From positions 4,314-68,313 of the forward strand of contig CAYYIV010000022.1 in assembly GCA_964472095.1 (NCBI GenBank): a stretch of DNA of 64,000 nt. Reading direction: 5' to 3'. The stretch is from an uncultured Pelagibius sp. (GTDB taxonomy: Bacteria > Pseudomonadota > Alphaproteobacteria > Kiloniellales > Kiloniellaceae). The notes under the pieces are model-generated. The model did no database searches, had not been told where the DNA came from, and worked only from the letters and a program-made list of their open reading frames with translations. Shown piece after piece: positions 30,549-38,559 of the stretch (its first letter is position 1; each line of letters starts with the position of its first letter). The position numbers were made by a program, and so were the translations under genes.

Positions 30549-32354
30549 GTGCAGGGCCCGGCCGCAGAGCGCCGGGGCGTGACGCCCTGGCGCGCGGCTT
30601 TCACCCTGCTCGCGCTCGCCTCGGTCGGCTTCCATCTCTGGCTCATCTTCGCCGGGCTGATCCCCAACCTGGTGAGCCGCCCGCTCCACCTGATGCTCGC
30701 CCTGCCCTGGGTCTTCATCGCCGCACGCGAAGAGAACGCGCTCGCCCGCTGGGCCGGCTGGCTGCTCTGCCTCGCCGGGCTCGCCGGCTGCCTCTACATC
30801 ATCGTGAACCTGCACGCGCTCGACGACCAGTACGGCAGCCTCAAGGGGCCGCTGCAATATGCGCTGGCCGCCGTCCTCATCGTCACCGTGCTGGAGATGG
30901 CGCGGCGCGCCATCAAGCTGGCCCTCCCCATCGTCGCCCTCATCGCCCTCGCCTACGGGCTCCTCGGGCAGTACCTGCCGGGCCAGTTCGGCCACCCTGG
31001 CATCCCGGTGAACTCCTTCCTCGGCACCCTGACGATCGCCGAGGGCGGCATCTGGGGCGAGCTCACCGGCGTCTCGGTGAACGTGGTCGCCGTCTTCGTC
31101 ATCCTCGGCGGCTTCGTCGGCGCCGGCGAGGGCGGGGCCGGCTTCATGGCGCTGGCGACGAGTCTCGCCGGGCGATTCCGCGCCGGCGCGGCCAAGGTCG
31201 CCGTGCTGTCCTCGGCCTTCTTCGGCTCGATCTCCGGCTCCGCCTCGGCCAACGTCGCCTCCACCGGCGCCATCACCCTGCCGGCTATGAAGCGACTCGG
31301 CTATCCCCCCTCCTTCGCCGCCGCTGTCGAGGCGGTCGCCTCCTCGGGCGGCCAGATCATGCCGCCGCTGATGGGCGCCGGCGCCTTCATCATGGTGGAG
31401 CTGCTGCGCCTGCCCTACACGGCGATCATGGCGGCGGCGATCCTGCCGGCGATCCTGTTCTTCTGGGCGGCCTGGTGCGGCGTTGACCGCTTCGCCCGGC
31501 GCTACGGCCTCAAGGGCCTCTCGCGCGAAGAGCTGCCCGACCGCGCCACCCTGATCGGCACGGTGCCCTTCTTCCTGGTGCCCTTCGGCCTGCTGCTCGC
31601 CGTGCTGTTCCTGACCGGCTACACGCCGCAGTACGCCGCCGGCCTCGCCATCTTCGCCGCCGCCGCGCTGCTCGTCGCCGACCGCCGCGGCCGGATCTCG
31701 CTGCGTGACGGCCTGCGGCGCTTCGAGGGCGCCTGCAACGACGCGGCGCGGCAGATCGCCGCCATCGCCGCCATCATCCTCTGCGCCGGCATCGTCATCG
31801 GCGTGCTGAACCTCACCGGCCTCGGCGTCAAGGTCACCTCGGTCATCATCGCGCTTTCCGGCGGCGAGCTCTGGGGCGCGCTGCTGCTGACCGCGCTCGC
31901 CTGCCTCATCCTCGGCATGGAGGTGCCGACCACGGCGGCCTATGTGATCTGCATCTCGGTCGCCGGGCCGGCGCTGCAGGAACTCGGCCTGCCGCCCCTG
32001 CAGGCGCACCTCTTCGTGTTCTGGTACGCGCTCTTGTCGACCATCACGCCGCCGGTCTGCGGCACGGTCTTCATCGCCGCCGGCATGGCGCAGACGCCCT
32101 GGGTGCCGGTGGCCGGCCAGGCCATGCGCCTCGGCCTCGGGCTCTACCTGGTGCCGCTCGCCTTCGTCGCCAACCCGGCGCTCATAGCGCCCGACACGGC
32201 GCCGCTATTGGCCCTGCTCGCCCTGGCCAAGATCGGCCTGGGATTGTGGCTGCTCAGCCGCGGTCTCATCGGCGCCGGCGATCCGCTGTGGCAGCGCGCC
32301 GCCGCGCTCGCCGCCGGCGGCGCCGCGATCTTCGCCTTTGGGGTGGCTGCGTAG
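30549..32354 (+). CDS. TRAP transporter fused (DctQ-DctM type) permease
   Basis: It is a long polytopic protein directly after the TAXI gene, with SSAFFGSISGSASANVASTGAITLP and PPLMGAGAFIM. The start is uncertain: a GTG at 30549 lies 8 nt after GAAGAGG, and the track ORF extends to 30399 inside the TAXI gene. Confidence 0.82.
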   Translation: MQGPAAERRGVTPWRAAFTLLALASVGFHLWLIFAGLIPNLVSRPLHLMLALPWVFIAAREENALARWAGWLLCLAGLAGCLYIIVNLHALDDQYGSLKGPLQYALAAVLIVTVLEMARRAIKLALPIVALIALAYGLLGQYLPGQFGHPGIPVNSFLGTLTIAEGGIWGELTGVSVNVVAVFVILGGFVGAGEGGAGFMALATSLAGRFRAGAAKVAVLSSAFFGSISGSASANVASTGAITLPAMKRLGYPPSFAAAVEAVASSGGQIMPPLMGAGAFIMVELLRLPYTAIMAAAILPAILFFWAAWCGVDRFARRYGLKGLSREELPDRATLIGTVPFFLVPFGLLLAVLFLTGYTPQYAAGLAIFAAAALLVADRRGRISLRDGLRRFEGACNDAARQIAAIAAIILCAGIVIGVLNLTGLGVKVTSVIIALSGGELWGALLLTALACLILGMEVPTTAAYVICISVAGPALQELGLPPLQAHLFVFWYALLSTITPPVCGTVFIAAGMAQTPWVPVAGQAMRLGLGLYLVPLAFVANPALIAPDTAPLLALLALAKIGLGLWLLSRGLIGAGDPLWQRAAALAAGGAAIFAFGVAA

Positions 32355-32357
32355 CCG

Positions 32358-32365
32358 GTTGCGCC
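32358..32365. repeat. Left copy of the 8-bp target-site duplication GTTGCGCC
   Basis: It is identical to 33917-33924 and immediately flanks the GTAAGC terminus. Confidence 0.8.
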
Positions 32366-32423
32366 GTAAGCATCCGAAGGAGGCCGCCTTGCCAAGTGAG
32401 GCGCGGTGTTGAGAACCGTCCTT

Positions 32424-32549
32424 ATGGACAGTCATACGCGCAGTGCCCAGGTCGAGCGGCTGGACGTGGTGGAGACGGGTCGGCGGCGACGCTGGTCCGA
32501 GGATGAGAAGCTCAAGATCGTGCTGGAGAGCCTGCAGGCGCCCCGGCAA
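32424..32549 (+). pseudogene. IS66 TnpA (orf1) N-terminal fragment
   Basis: MDSHTRSAQVERLDVVETGRRRRWSEDEKLKIVLESLQAPRQ matches the conserved (I/V)E(V)xTGxxRRRRWSxEEKxRIVxES start of IS66 TnpA. Similarity stops abruptly at about 32549. Confidence 0.7.
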
Positions 32550-32722
32550 GCGCGCCCTTGCCCGGCAGCCGGCGCAGCTGGTCCTCCAGCCAGGTCTTGA
32601 AGGTTGTGAGCCGCGGCCCGCCCCCGTCGGCGTTCGTCGGGCGGGCGTCCGCGAATGCGGGCCTCGATGTCGTAGAGTTCGCCGATCCGTTTGAGGGCTT
32701 CCCCGGCCAGCAGCCGCAGCGT
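32540..32722 (-). pseudogene. IS66 transposase (TnpC) internal fragment, inverted relative to the tnpA fragment and frameshifted
   Basis: Minus-strand reading gives LLAGEALKRIGELYDIEARIRGRPPDERRR, then after a frame change TFKTWLEDQLRRLPGKGALAGA. This matches the conserved TnpC segment (..EAL.RI..LY.IE..IRG..P..R...R......L..F..WL...L..L..KS.LA.AIRY). A stop codon lies just upstream, and the fragment is truncated at both ends. Confidence 0.65.
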
Positions 32723-32906
32723 CTACAAGAGCGCCCCGAGTTGCGTGAGCATTGGCGGGGGACAGTTGCCGATGAGCTGCTAAGGCTCACCATAACGAAT
32801 TTACAATGAACGCAAATGGAAGCTCAAGTGCTTGATAACTAGGCCCATGTCTAAGATAAACAGTTCTCACATCAAGTGGTTCAGGCGAACCGGAGGGTAG
32901 TCCACG

Positions 32907-33800
32907 GTGAGAGCCAACGCGCGAAATTTCGACGTCACCGGCTTCGAGGCCCGAAAAATGTGGGATGAGATTGCCCGGTCAGGTGAGGATACGGTCGCCG
33001 TCGCACGGGCGAGCTACGGGGCCGGCGGAAATGCCCGCCACCGTTTCCATGCCGTCGCCTGGCTAACGTTCGATGCTCGGTTCTCGGCCGAGGCCCGCGA
33101 GTTTGCAGCCGAGCTTCTTGACGACCGCTCGAGCAAGGTGGTGGAGGTAGCGTCACGCGCGCTTGCCTGGGGCTGGGACGTCACCCTGCTTTCCCGGATG
33201 CGGAAAGCAGCCGAGCGAACGAACGGGGCGAAGCGTGCCGACATTGAGGCCGCGATTGCCGCGACTGAAGTTGGGAATCCGGACCTGTTCCTCGATCGCA
33301 CGGGCGGTGGAAACCTTCACATGTTTGTCGCAGACCATGACTGGCGGGAATTGCGGGGCGGTCTGATCCGAGTTGCTCAACCTCGACACGTCCCCGCGCT
33401 TTTGGACATTGCGCCGGAAGGCTCACCGTATCGCGTTCCGCTGGTCGGCTGCGAACCTCCTCTGAACGAACAGGATTTGCGCGCACTGATCGATGCGAAG
33501 ACATGCTGGATAGTCGGGGCGCCGATCACCGGCAACCTCGTCGCGCAGATGAGGGGCAGTGACTGGTCGGTCGAGAGCATTGCCGTGACCGAGCGAGAGC
33601 AGGACAGTGCACTCTGGTGGCAACTCGTGGGATTCGCCGAGCAAGAGGGCCGGCGGCGTGGCCTCGAACAGATCGTCCTAAATACGCGAGCGCGGGCGTG
33701 GCCTGACCATGAGGCATTCGGCCGCCACGGTTACCGCGAGGCCGACCGGTCGGGCGACGAGAACGGACTCGAAGCGGTGTTTTACGAGAAGGCACTTTGA
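32907..33800 (+). CDS. Hypothetical protein with a GNAT-like C-terminal region, passenger gene of the IS66 derivative
   Basis: This is a 297-codon ORF with a GTG start; an internal Met at codon 17 is possible. Third-codon positions are visibly less G/C-biased than in neighbouring genes, and an AT-rich spacer precedes it (32780-32906). The C-terminus WWQLVGFAEQEGRRRGLEQIVLNTRARAWPDHEAFGRHGYRE...AVFYEKAL resembles an acetyltransferase fold. The N-terminal half is helical-repeat-like. Confidence 0.55.
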   Translation: MRANARNFDVTGFEARKMWDEIARSGEDTVAVARASYGAGGNARHRFHAVAWLTFDARFSAEAREFAAELLDDRSSKVVEVASRALAWGWDVTLLSRMRKAAERTNGAKRADIEAAIAATEVGNPDLFLDRTGGGNLHMFVADHDWRELRGGLIRVAQPRHVPALLDIAPEGSPYRVPLVGCEPPLNEQDLRALIDAKTCWIVGAPITGNLVAQMRGSDWSVESIAVTEREQDSALWWQLVGFAEQEGRRRGLEQIVLNTRARAWPDHEAFGRHGYREADRSGDENGLEAVFYEKAL

Positions 33801-33916
33801 CCGCGCTTGAACGGCATAACCACGAGCCTAACGTTCGCGGCCTTCCTCCGGCCATCATAGGCCATCCGTCCTCACGTGCGCACGCGACAACCACGCGGCC
33901 TTTGTCGGATGCTTAC

Positions 33917-33924
33917 GTTGCGCC
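33917..33924. repeat. Right copy of the 8-bp target-site duplication GTTGCGCC
   Basis: It is identical to 32358-32365 and directly follows the ...GGATGCTTAC terminus. Confidence 0.8.
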
Positions 33925-34015
33925 TGCCTCCAACGAATGTTCCGAGTTGGCGCTAGGCGCAGAAGATTGCTCCTCTACCCTGGCAGTCCCTTTTAATGGC
34001 GGGAGGAGTCCTGTT

Positions 34016-34297
34016 ATGGCAATGGCGGCTGGCACGGTTCAGGAAGACAACGAGCGCACCCGCGTGACGCTGTGGCGCTTTCCGCCGCGAGGCGAGACCG
34101 GTTTCCACCGCCATGAGCTCGACTACGTCATCGTGCCGCTCACCACGGGGCCGCTGACGGTCGTCGACAAGGACGGCAAGGAGACAACAGCCGCGCTGAC
34201 CGCCGGCGTCTCCTACTTTCGCGCAGCCGGCGTCGAGCACAACGTCATCAACGCCTCGGACGCCGACTTCGCCTTCGTCGAAGTGGAGTTCAAGTAA
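34016..34297 (+). CDS. Small cupin domain-containing protein
   Basis: The ATG at 34016 is preceded by GGGAGGAG. FHRHELDYVIVPL...YFRAAGVEHNVIN shows the cupin motifs. Codon bias looks native. The upstream part of track ORF 33797..34297 is not coding-like. Confidence 0.7.
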   Translation: MAMAAGTVQEDNERTRVTLWRFPPRGETGFHRHELDYVIVPLTTGPLTVVDKDGKETTAALTAGVSYFRAAGVEHNVINASDADFAFVEVEFK

Positions 34298-34303
34298 GGA
34301 AAC

Positions 34304-34378
34304 TGGCTGGGGCGGCAGGATTCGAACCTGCGAATGCCGGTACCAAAAACCGGTGCCTTACCACTTGGCGACGCCCCA
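34304..34378 (-). tRNA. tRNA-Gln (anticodon UUG)
   Basis: The reverse complement reads TGGGGCG TC GCCAAGTGGTAAGGC A CCGGT TTTTGGT ACCGG CATTC GCAGG TTCGAAT CCTGC CGCCCCA G CCA. It is a 75-nt cloverleaf with an encoded CCA and close to the E. coli tRNA-Gln layout. Confidence 0.93.
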
Positions 34379-34400
34379 GCAGGGCCCGGCGGCCGGCGCC

Positions 34401-34430
34401 ATCATAGGGCCGCGGCCGGGCGGGCAGCAA
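34401..34430 (-). promoter_or_regulatory. Candidate sigma-70 type promoter of tRNA-Gln
   Basis: The minus strand reads TTGCTG-N18-TATGAT. The -10 element ends about 22 nt upstream of the mature tRNA 5' end. Confidence 0.4.
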
Positions 34431-34476
34431 CCTAGCGCCGCCGCCCCCTGGCTGCAACGGCCTTCGGCCGCCCCGG

Positions 34477-37152
34477 TCAGTCCCGCGGCAGGCGGCCGGC
34501 CAGCGCCAGCAGGGCCGGCAGGAAGGCCAGCACACAGACCAGGGTCAGCAGAATGGCAATGGTGAGCAGCTGGCCCATGGAGGCGGTGCCCGGGTGCTGC
34601 GAGATCGACAGCGCCCCGAAGGAGGCCAGCGTGGTCAGCGCCGAGAGCAGGATCGCCCTTGGCGTCGAGTTGGAGGGGCTGACCGCCGCGCCGCCGGCCG
34701 CTTCGCGGGCGCGGATCACATAGTGGATGCCGCTGTCGACACCCAGCCCGAGCAGCAGCGGCAGCACGATCACATTGGCGAAGTTGAACGGCAGGCCGAA
34801 GACCACGCCGACCGCCACGGTCAGCAGCGCCGCCAGCACCAGCGGCGCCAGCACCAGCAGCGTATCCAGCGGCGAGCGCAGCACGACGAGCAGCAGCAGG
34901 GCGATGGCGACGAGCGCCAGCACCATGGCCTGGAAAAAGGCGTTCACCACCGCGCGCCCGGCCTCGACGATGGTGACCGGCGCGCCGGAGACGCCGGGCA
35001 CCAGCGCCTGCAGCGCATCGACGAAGCGCTCGCGGGCCGCCTGGTCGCGCAGGTCCTCGGCCGGGATCACCTCGATCAGCACCTTGCCTGCGTCAGGGCC
35101 GTCGGCGGCGAGGTAGCGCGCGGCGAGCTCCGGCGGCAGGCTGTCGAGGGCGACGTCTGCCGCCTCCAGGCCATCGAGCAGGCGCTCCAGCGCCGCCTCG
35201 AAGCCGCCCAGCCAGGCCGCCTCCAGCTGTGCCGGCGCGACGGCGCCGAGATCTTCGAGCGCGCGCAGCAGCCGCCCGGCCGCCGGCTGCAGGCCGTCCG
35301 GCGCCGCGGCCAGGGACGCCTTCAGCCGCTCCAGCGCGGCGGCCCGCTCGGCGGCGTCGTGCGCGGCGGCCGGCGGCGGCGCGGTGAACAGCGGCGAGAG
35401 GAACAGCGCCAGCTGGTCGAGCACCGCGAGCTTGGCCTCCTGGTCCTGCGGCACGAAGTCGCCCAAGCTGACGGCGGCCTCGACCGTCGGCAGGGCGGCC
35501 AGGCGCGGCGCCAGCGCCTGCGCCGCCGCCAGGTCTGCGGCCAGCACCTGGGCGCTGTAGGGCGTTACCCGCGGATCGGCCATCAGCTCCAGCAACGCCG
35601 CCACCGAGGGCGAGTCGGGATCCCGCAGATTCAGCGGATCGTCGTCGAAGCGCGCGCCCGGCAGGGCCAGCGCCGCCGCCACCCCCAGCAGCAGTCCGAG
35701 CGTGGCAAGGGAGCGCGCCCAGCGGGCGGCGCGGCGCTGCAGCGCGGCCCCGGCGCGGGCCACCGGACCGAGATGGGCGGCGCCGGCCGACGCCGGCATG
35801 AGACGCATCAGCGCCGGCAGCAGAGTGAGGTTCAGGAACAGCGCGATGAACATGCCCGCCCCGGCGATGAGACCAAGCTCCGACAGGCCGCGGTAGGCGG
35901 TCGGGAAGAAGGCGAAGAAGGCCAGCGCCGAGGAGAGGGCGCAGAGCAGCAGCGGGCGGCCGAGCAGCGCCGCCGCCGCCGGCAGCGCCGCCGCCTGGGG
36001 GCTGCCCTCCGCCTGGCTCTCCTGCACGCGCAGGGCAAAGTGGATGCCGAAGTCGACGCTGAGGCCGATGAAGAGCACGGCGAAAGCGACGGAGATGAGG
36101 TTCAGCTCGCCGATCGCAAGGGCGGCGAATCCGGCAGTCCAGGCCAAGCCGGCAAAGAGGGTGACCAGGATCGGCACCGCCAAGCGCCAAGACCTGAGGC
36201 CGGCGAAAAGCACCACCGCCACCAGCAGGGCCGAGATCACGCCGACCAGGCCGATGCCGGAGCGCACGGAGACCAGCTCGTCCTGCAACATGAGTTCCTG
36301 GCCTGTGAGGCGCAGGCGATAGCCCTCTGCCTCGGTCAGGCCCAACTGACCGGCCGCCGCCTCGACTGCGGCGACGGTGTCGGCCATGGGTGCCAGGCTG
36401 GCGAAGTCGACCACCGGCTTCACGACGATGAAGCGCCGGCGGTCCTCGGCGGTCTCCTCGGCGTCGGAGAACAATGCCGACCAGGAGAACCGGGCGGCGG
36501 GGTCGCCTGGCAGCGCTTCGGCCACTGCCGCCAGGCGATCAAGCAGAACCGCCAGCTCGTCACCGCCCGCGGCGTCCTCCGTCAACGCCTGCTCCAGCAA
36601 GTCGGCGAGGCCGCGCAGGCTGGGGTCGGCCTGCAGCGCCGAGAGCAGCGGTTGCGCCCCGGCGAGCCGGTCGCCGAGCGCCTGCAGGTCGTCGAGCGAC
36701 AGGTAGAGCAGGCCGTTCTGCCGGAAGAAGGCGCCGCCGCGCGGCAGGAACACCGAGCGGATCACCGAGGGCTGGCCGCCGAGTGCCTCCGCCAGGCCTT
36801 CGGCAGCGACCTCGGCGGCGAGGGCGTCGGGCGCCTCGACAGCGATGGTCAGGGTATCGATCAGCTGGGGAAAGGCCCGCTCGAGGGCGTCCTCGTTCTG
36901 CCGGAACGGCAGCTCCGCGGAGAGCATGTCGTTGGTCGAGGTATTGATGGTGAGGGTCGCGATGGCCAGCCAGAGCAGGCCGGCGGCAGCGGACAGGCAG
37001 AGGAACACGACGAGAACGGGCCGGCGGCAGGCCCGGTCTACCCAGGTGCCGAAAAAGCCGGAGAGGCGGTCGTGAAGGTCGATATTTCTTTCCAAGGGCG
37101 AGCGATCCCGGGCCGAGGCCGCCATATAGCCCGGGATTCGCGCCGCTGACAA
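34477..37152 (-). CDS. MMPL/RND superfamily transporter, HpnN-like (hopanoid-associated type)
   Basis: It has two 6-TM bundles with large periplasmic loops. The N-terminal loop pattern PRGGAFFRQNGLLYLSLDDL...AQPLLSALQADPSLRGL resembles HpnN as I remember it. No other hopanoid genes are in the window. Confidence 0.7.
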   Translation of the reverse strand: MSAARIPGYMAASARDRSPLERNIDLHDRLSGFFGTWVDRACRRPVLVVFLCLSAAAGLLWLAIATLTINTSTNDMLSAELPFRQNEDALERAFPQLIDTLTIAVEAPDALAAEVAAEGLAEALGGQPSVIRSVFLPRGGAFFRQNGLLYLSLDDLQALGDRLAGAQPLLSALQADPSLRGLADLLEQALTEDAAGGDELAVLLDRLAAVAEALPGDPAARFSWSALFSDAEETAEDRRRFIVVKPVVDFASLAPMADTVAAVEAAAGQLGLTEAEGYRLRLTGQELMLQDELVSVRSGIGLVGVISALLVAVVLFAGLRSWRLAVPILVTLFAGLAWTAGFAALAIGELNLISVAFAVLFIGLSVDFGIHFALRVQESQAEGSPQAAALPAAAALLGRPLLLCALSSALAFFAFFPTAYRGLSELGLIAGAGMFIALFLNLTLLPALMRLMPASAGAAHLGPVARAGAALQRRAARWARSLATLGLLLGVAAALALPGARFDDDPLNLRDPDSPSVAALLELMADPRVTPYSAQVLAADLAAAQALAPRLAALPTVEAAVSLGDFVPQDQEAKLAVLDQLALFLSPLFTAPPPAAAHDAAERAAALERLKASLAAAPDGLQPAAGRLLRALEDLGAVAPAQLEAAWLGGFEAALERLLDGLEAADVALDSLPPELAARYLAADGPDAGKVLIEVIPAEDLRDQAARERFVDALQALVPGVSGAPVTIVEAGRAVVNAFFQAMVLALVAIALLLLVVLRSPLDTLLVLAPLVLAALLTVAVGVVFGLPFNFANVIVLPLLLGLGVDSGIHYVIRAREAAGGAAVSPSNSTPRAILLSALTTLASFGALSISQHPGTASMGQLLTIAILLTLVCVLAFLPALLALAGRLPRD

Positions 37153-37217
37153 CGCTCCGGCGACCTGCCCGGGGTCCGGCCGATCGCTAAAAAGTTATGT
37201 TTTTGAAAGGCTTCGAA

Positions 37218-37233
37218 TTAGGGCTCCGTTAAC
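37218..37233. promoter_or_regulatory. Near-consensus CtrA-type box TTAG-N7-TTAAC
   Basis: TTAGGGCTCCGTTAAC lies in the divergent region between the HpnN-like gene and the peptidoglycan-binding protein gene. It has one mismatch to TTAA-N7-TTAAC. Confidence 0.3.
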
Positions 37234-37351
37234 CACGGCTGCCGCATAACGGTCTATTGGAGCCTTCGGCGCGGACCCGCAAAGCCCGCTGCCTGCGCCA
37301 GGGCCCGCAATGAGTTGCACGTTTTCAGGTCCGGTACGGTCCGCCGAAGAG

Positions 37352-38476
37352 ATGACAGAGAACACGGACAAGTCGCCGCAGAAATCCGGCAAGACCCCGC
37401 CCAGCAAGCGGGCCGGCAAGACGCGCTCGCCCGAAGGCAAGCGCGCCAAAGCGCCTGGAGACAAGGCGCCGGCGGCAAGCGAGACCGAGGTTCCCAAGCC
37501 CGGCGTTTCCAGGGCGCCGGATGCCAAGGCCCAAGAGTCCGCGGCCGACCCTGCGACGCCCGGCGCGAAGTCCCTGGCCCCCGATCCGGCGACCATCACC
37601 TTCGGCAGCAACCGTCCCATCGTGGCGACGCCCCCGAAACTGCCTGAAAGCAGCGGCCTGCAATTTGCCGGCCCCTCGGCCGGCATGCTGAAGGCGAGCG
37701 GCCCGCAGCCGACCTCGGCGAAGGCCAGCGGTCTCACCTTCACCTCGGGCAAGCCGGTGACCCCTTCGGCCAAGCCGGCCGGCGGCGGCACCAGGCCCCT
37801 CCCAGCCAAAGCCCTGGCCGCCAAGCCCCTTCCCGCCAAACCTGCATCCAAGGACGGCGACGCGGCAGCCAAGGATGCGGCGAAGCAATCCACCGAGGCC
37901 GCCAAGCCGGCCGACGCCAAGCAGTCTGTCGGGACGGCACCCGAGGCAAAGAAAGCGGCTGGCACCAAGCCGGCCATCGCGCCGCAGGCAAGCAGTCGCC
38001 ACTTCGATAAGGAGCGTTCGACCGGCGGGTTCGTGGTGATGATGCTGGCGCTCATTGTCGTGGGCGGCGGCATGGCCTTCTGGATGAACTTCGACAACGA
38101 GGCCGCCACGCCGCAACAGGCGCCTGCCGTGCAGCAGGCCGAAGTCGAGACGGTTCCAGAGATCGTTCCCGATGCAGGGCGCGAAACCGATGCCGTGGTC
38201 ATCCTGGGTCCTTCGGTGCGCGCACCGGAAAGCCCTGGCCCGCTGGTGGCCGGACCTGACGCCGAGGCGGGCCTCGACGTCGCGCAGATCGGTGAGATCC
38301 AGCAACTGCTCGACCGCCTCGGCTTGAACCCCGGCACCCAGAGCGGCGTGCTGACGGCGGGGACCACCGCCGCCATCCGCAGCTATCAGGAAATGGCGGG
38401 CCTGACTGCCGACGGTGAAGTCAACGAGGCGTTGCTGGAAGAGCTGCGCTCGGTGGTCGAACTCTACGGCAGCTGA
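37352..38476 (+). CDS. Peptidoglycan-binding domain protein with a long Ala/Pro/Lys-rich low-complexity N-terminus and one TM
   Basis: The C-terminal LDVAQIGEIQQLLDRLGLNPGTQSGVLTAGTTAAIRSYQEMAGLTADGEVNEALL is a PG_binding_1-type repeat. The TM is GGFVVMMLALIVVGGGMAFWM. The start is set at MTENTDK (37352); 37310 is possible. Confidence 0.7.
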   Translation: MTENTDKSPQKSGKTPPSKRAGKTRSPEGKRAKAPGDKAPAASETEVPKPGVSRAPDAKAQESAADPATPGAKSLAPDPATITFGSNRPIVATPPKLPESSGLQFAGPSAGMLKASGPQPTSAKASGLTFTSGKPVTPSAKPAGGGTRPLPAKALAAKPLPAKPASKDGDAAAKDAAKQSTEAAKPADAKQSVGTAPEAKKAAGTKPAIAPQASSRHFDKERSTGGFVVMMLALIVVGGGMAFWMNFDNEAATPQQAPAVQQAEVETVPEIVPDAGRETDAVVILGPSVRAPESPGPLVAGPDAEAGLDVAQIGEIQQLLDRLGLNPGTQSGVLTAGTTAAIRSYQEMAGLTADGEVNEALLEELRSVVELYGS

Positions 38477-38559
38477 CACTCCCAAAAACCGCAAATGCTA
38501 GATCGGATTCACGCGGTCGATGGATCACCGAAGGCGATTCCATACGACCGTGATCTGCG

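Larger units (their letters stand above)
32366..33916 (+). mobile_element. IS66-family derived non-autonomous element (1,551 bp) with a passenger ORF
   Basis: IRL GTAAGCATCCGA (32366-32377) equals the reverse complement of 33905-33916 (12/12, 19/22 over 22 nt). It is flanked by the 8-bp direct repeat GTTGCGCC. The interior holds tnpA and tnpC fragments only, and no tnpB. Confidence 0.8.

Noticed and set aside
32355-34378. A genomic island integrated at the 3' end of tRNA-Gln.
   Set aside because: The foreign-looking DNA is bounded by its own inverted repeats and an 8-bp duplication at 32358 and 33924, about 380 bp away from the tRNA. A cupin gene with native codon bias lies in between, and I found no repeat of the tRNA 3' end. 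The proximity to the tRNA looks coincidental.
34477-37152. A hopanoid biosynthesis cluster around the HpnN-like transporter.
   Set aside because: No shc, hpnH, hpnG or other hopanoid genes are in the window. Only the transporter resembles the family, so I make no cluster claim.
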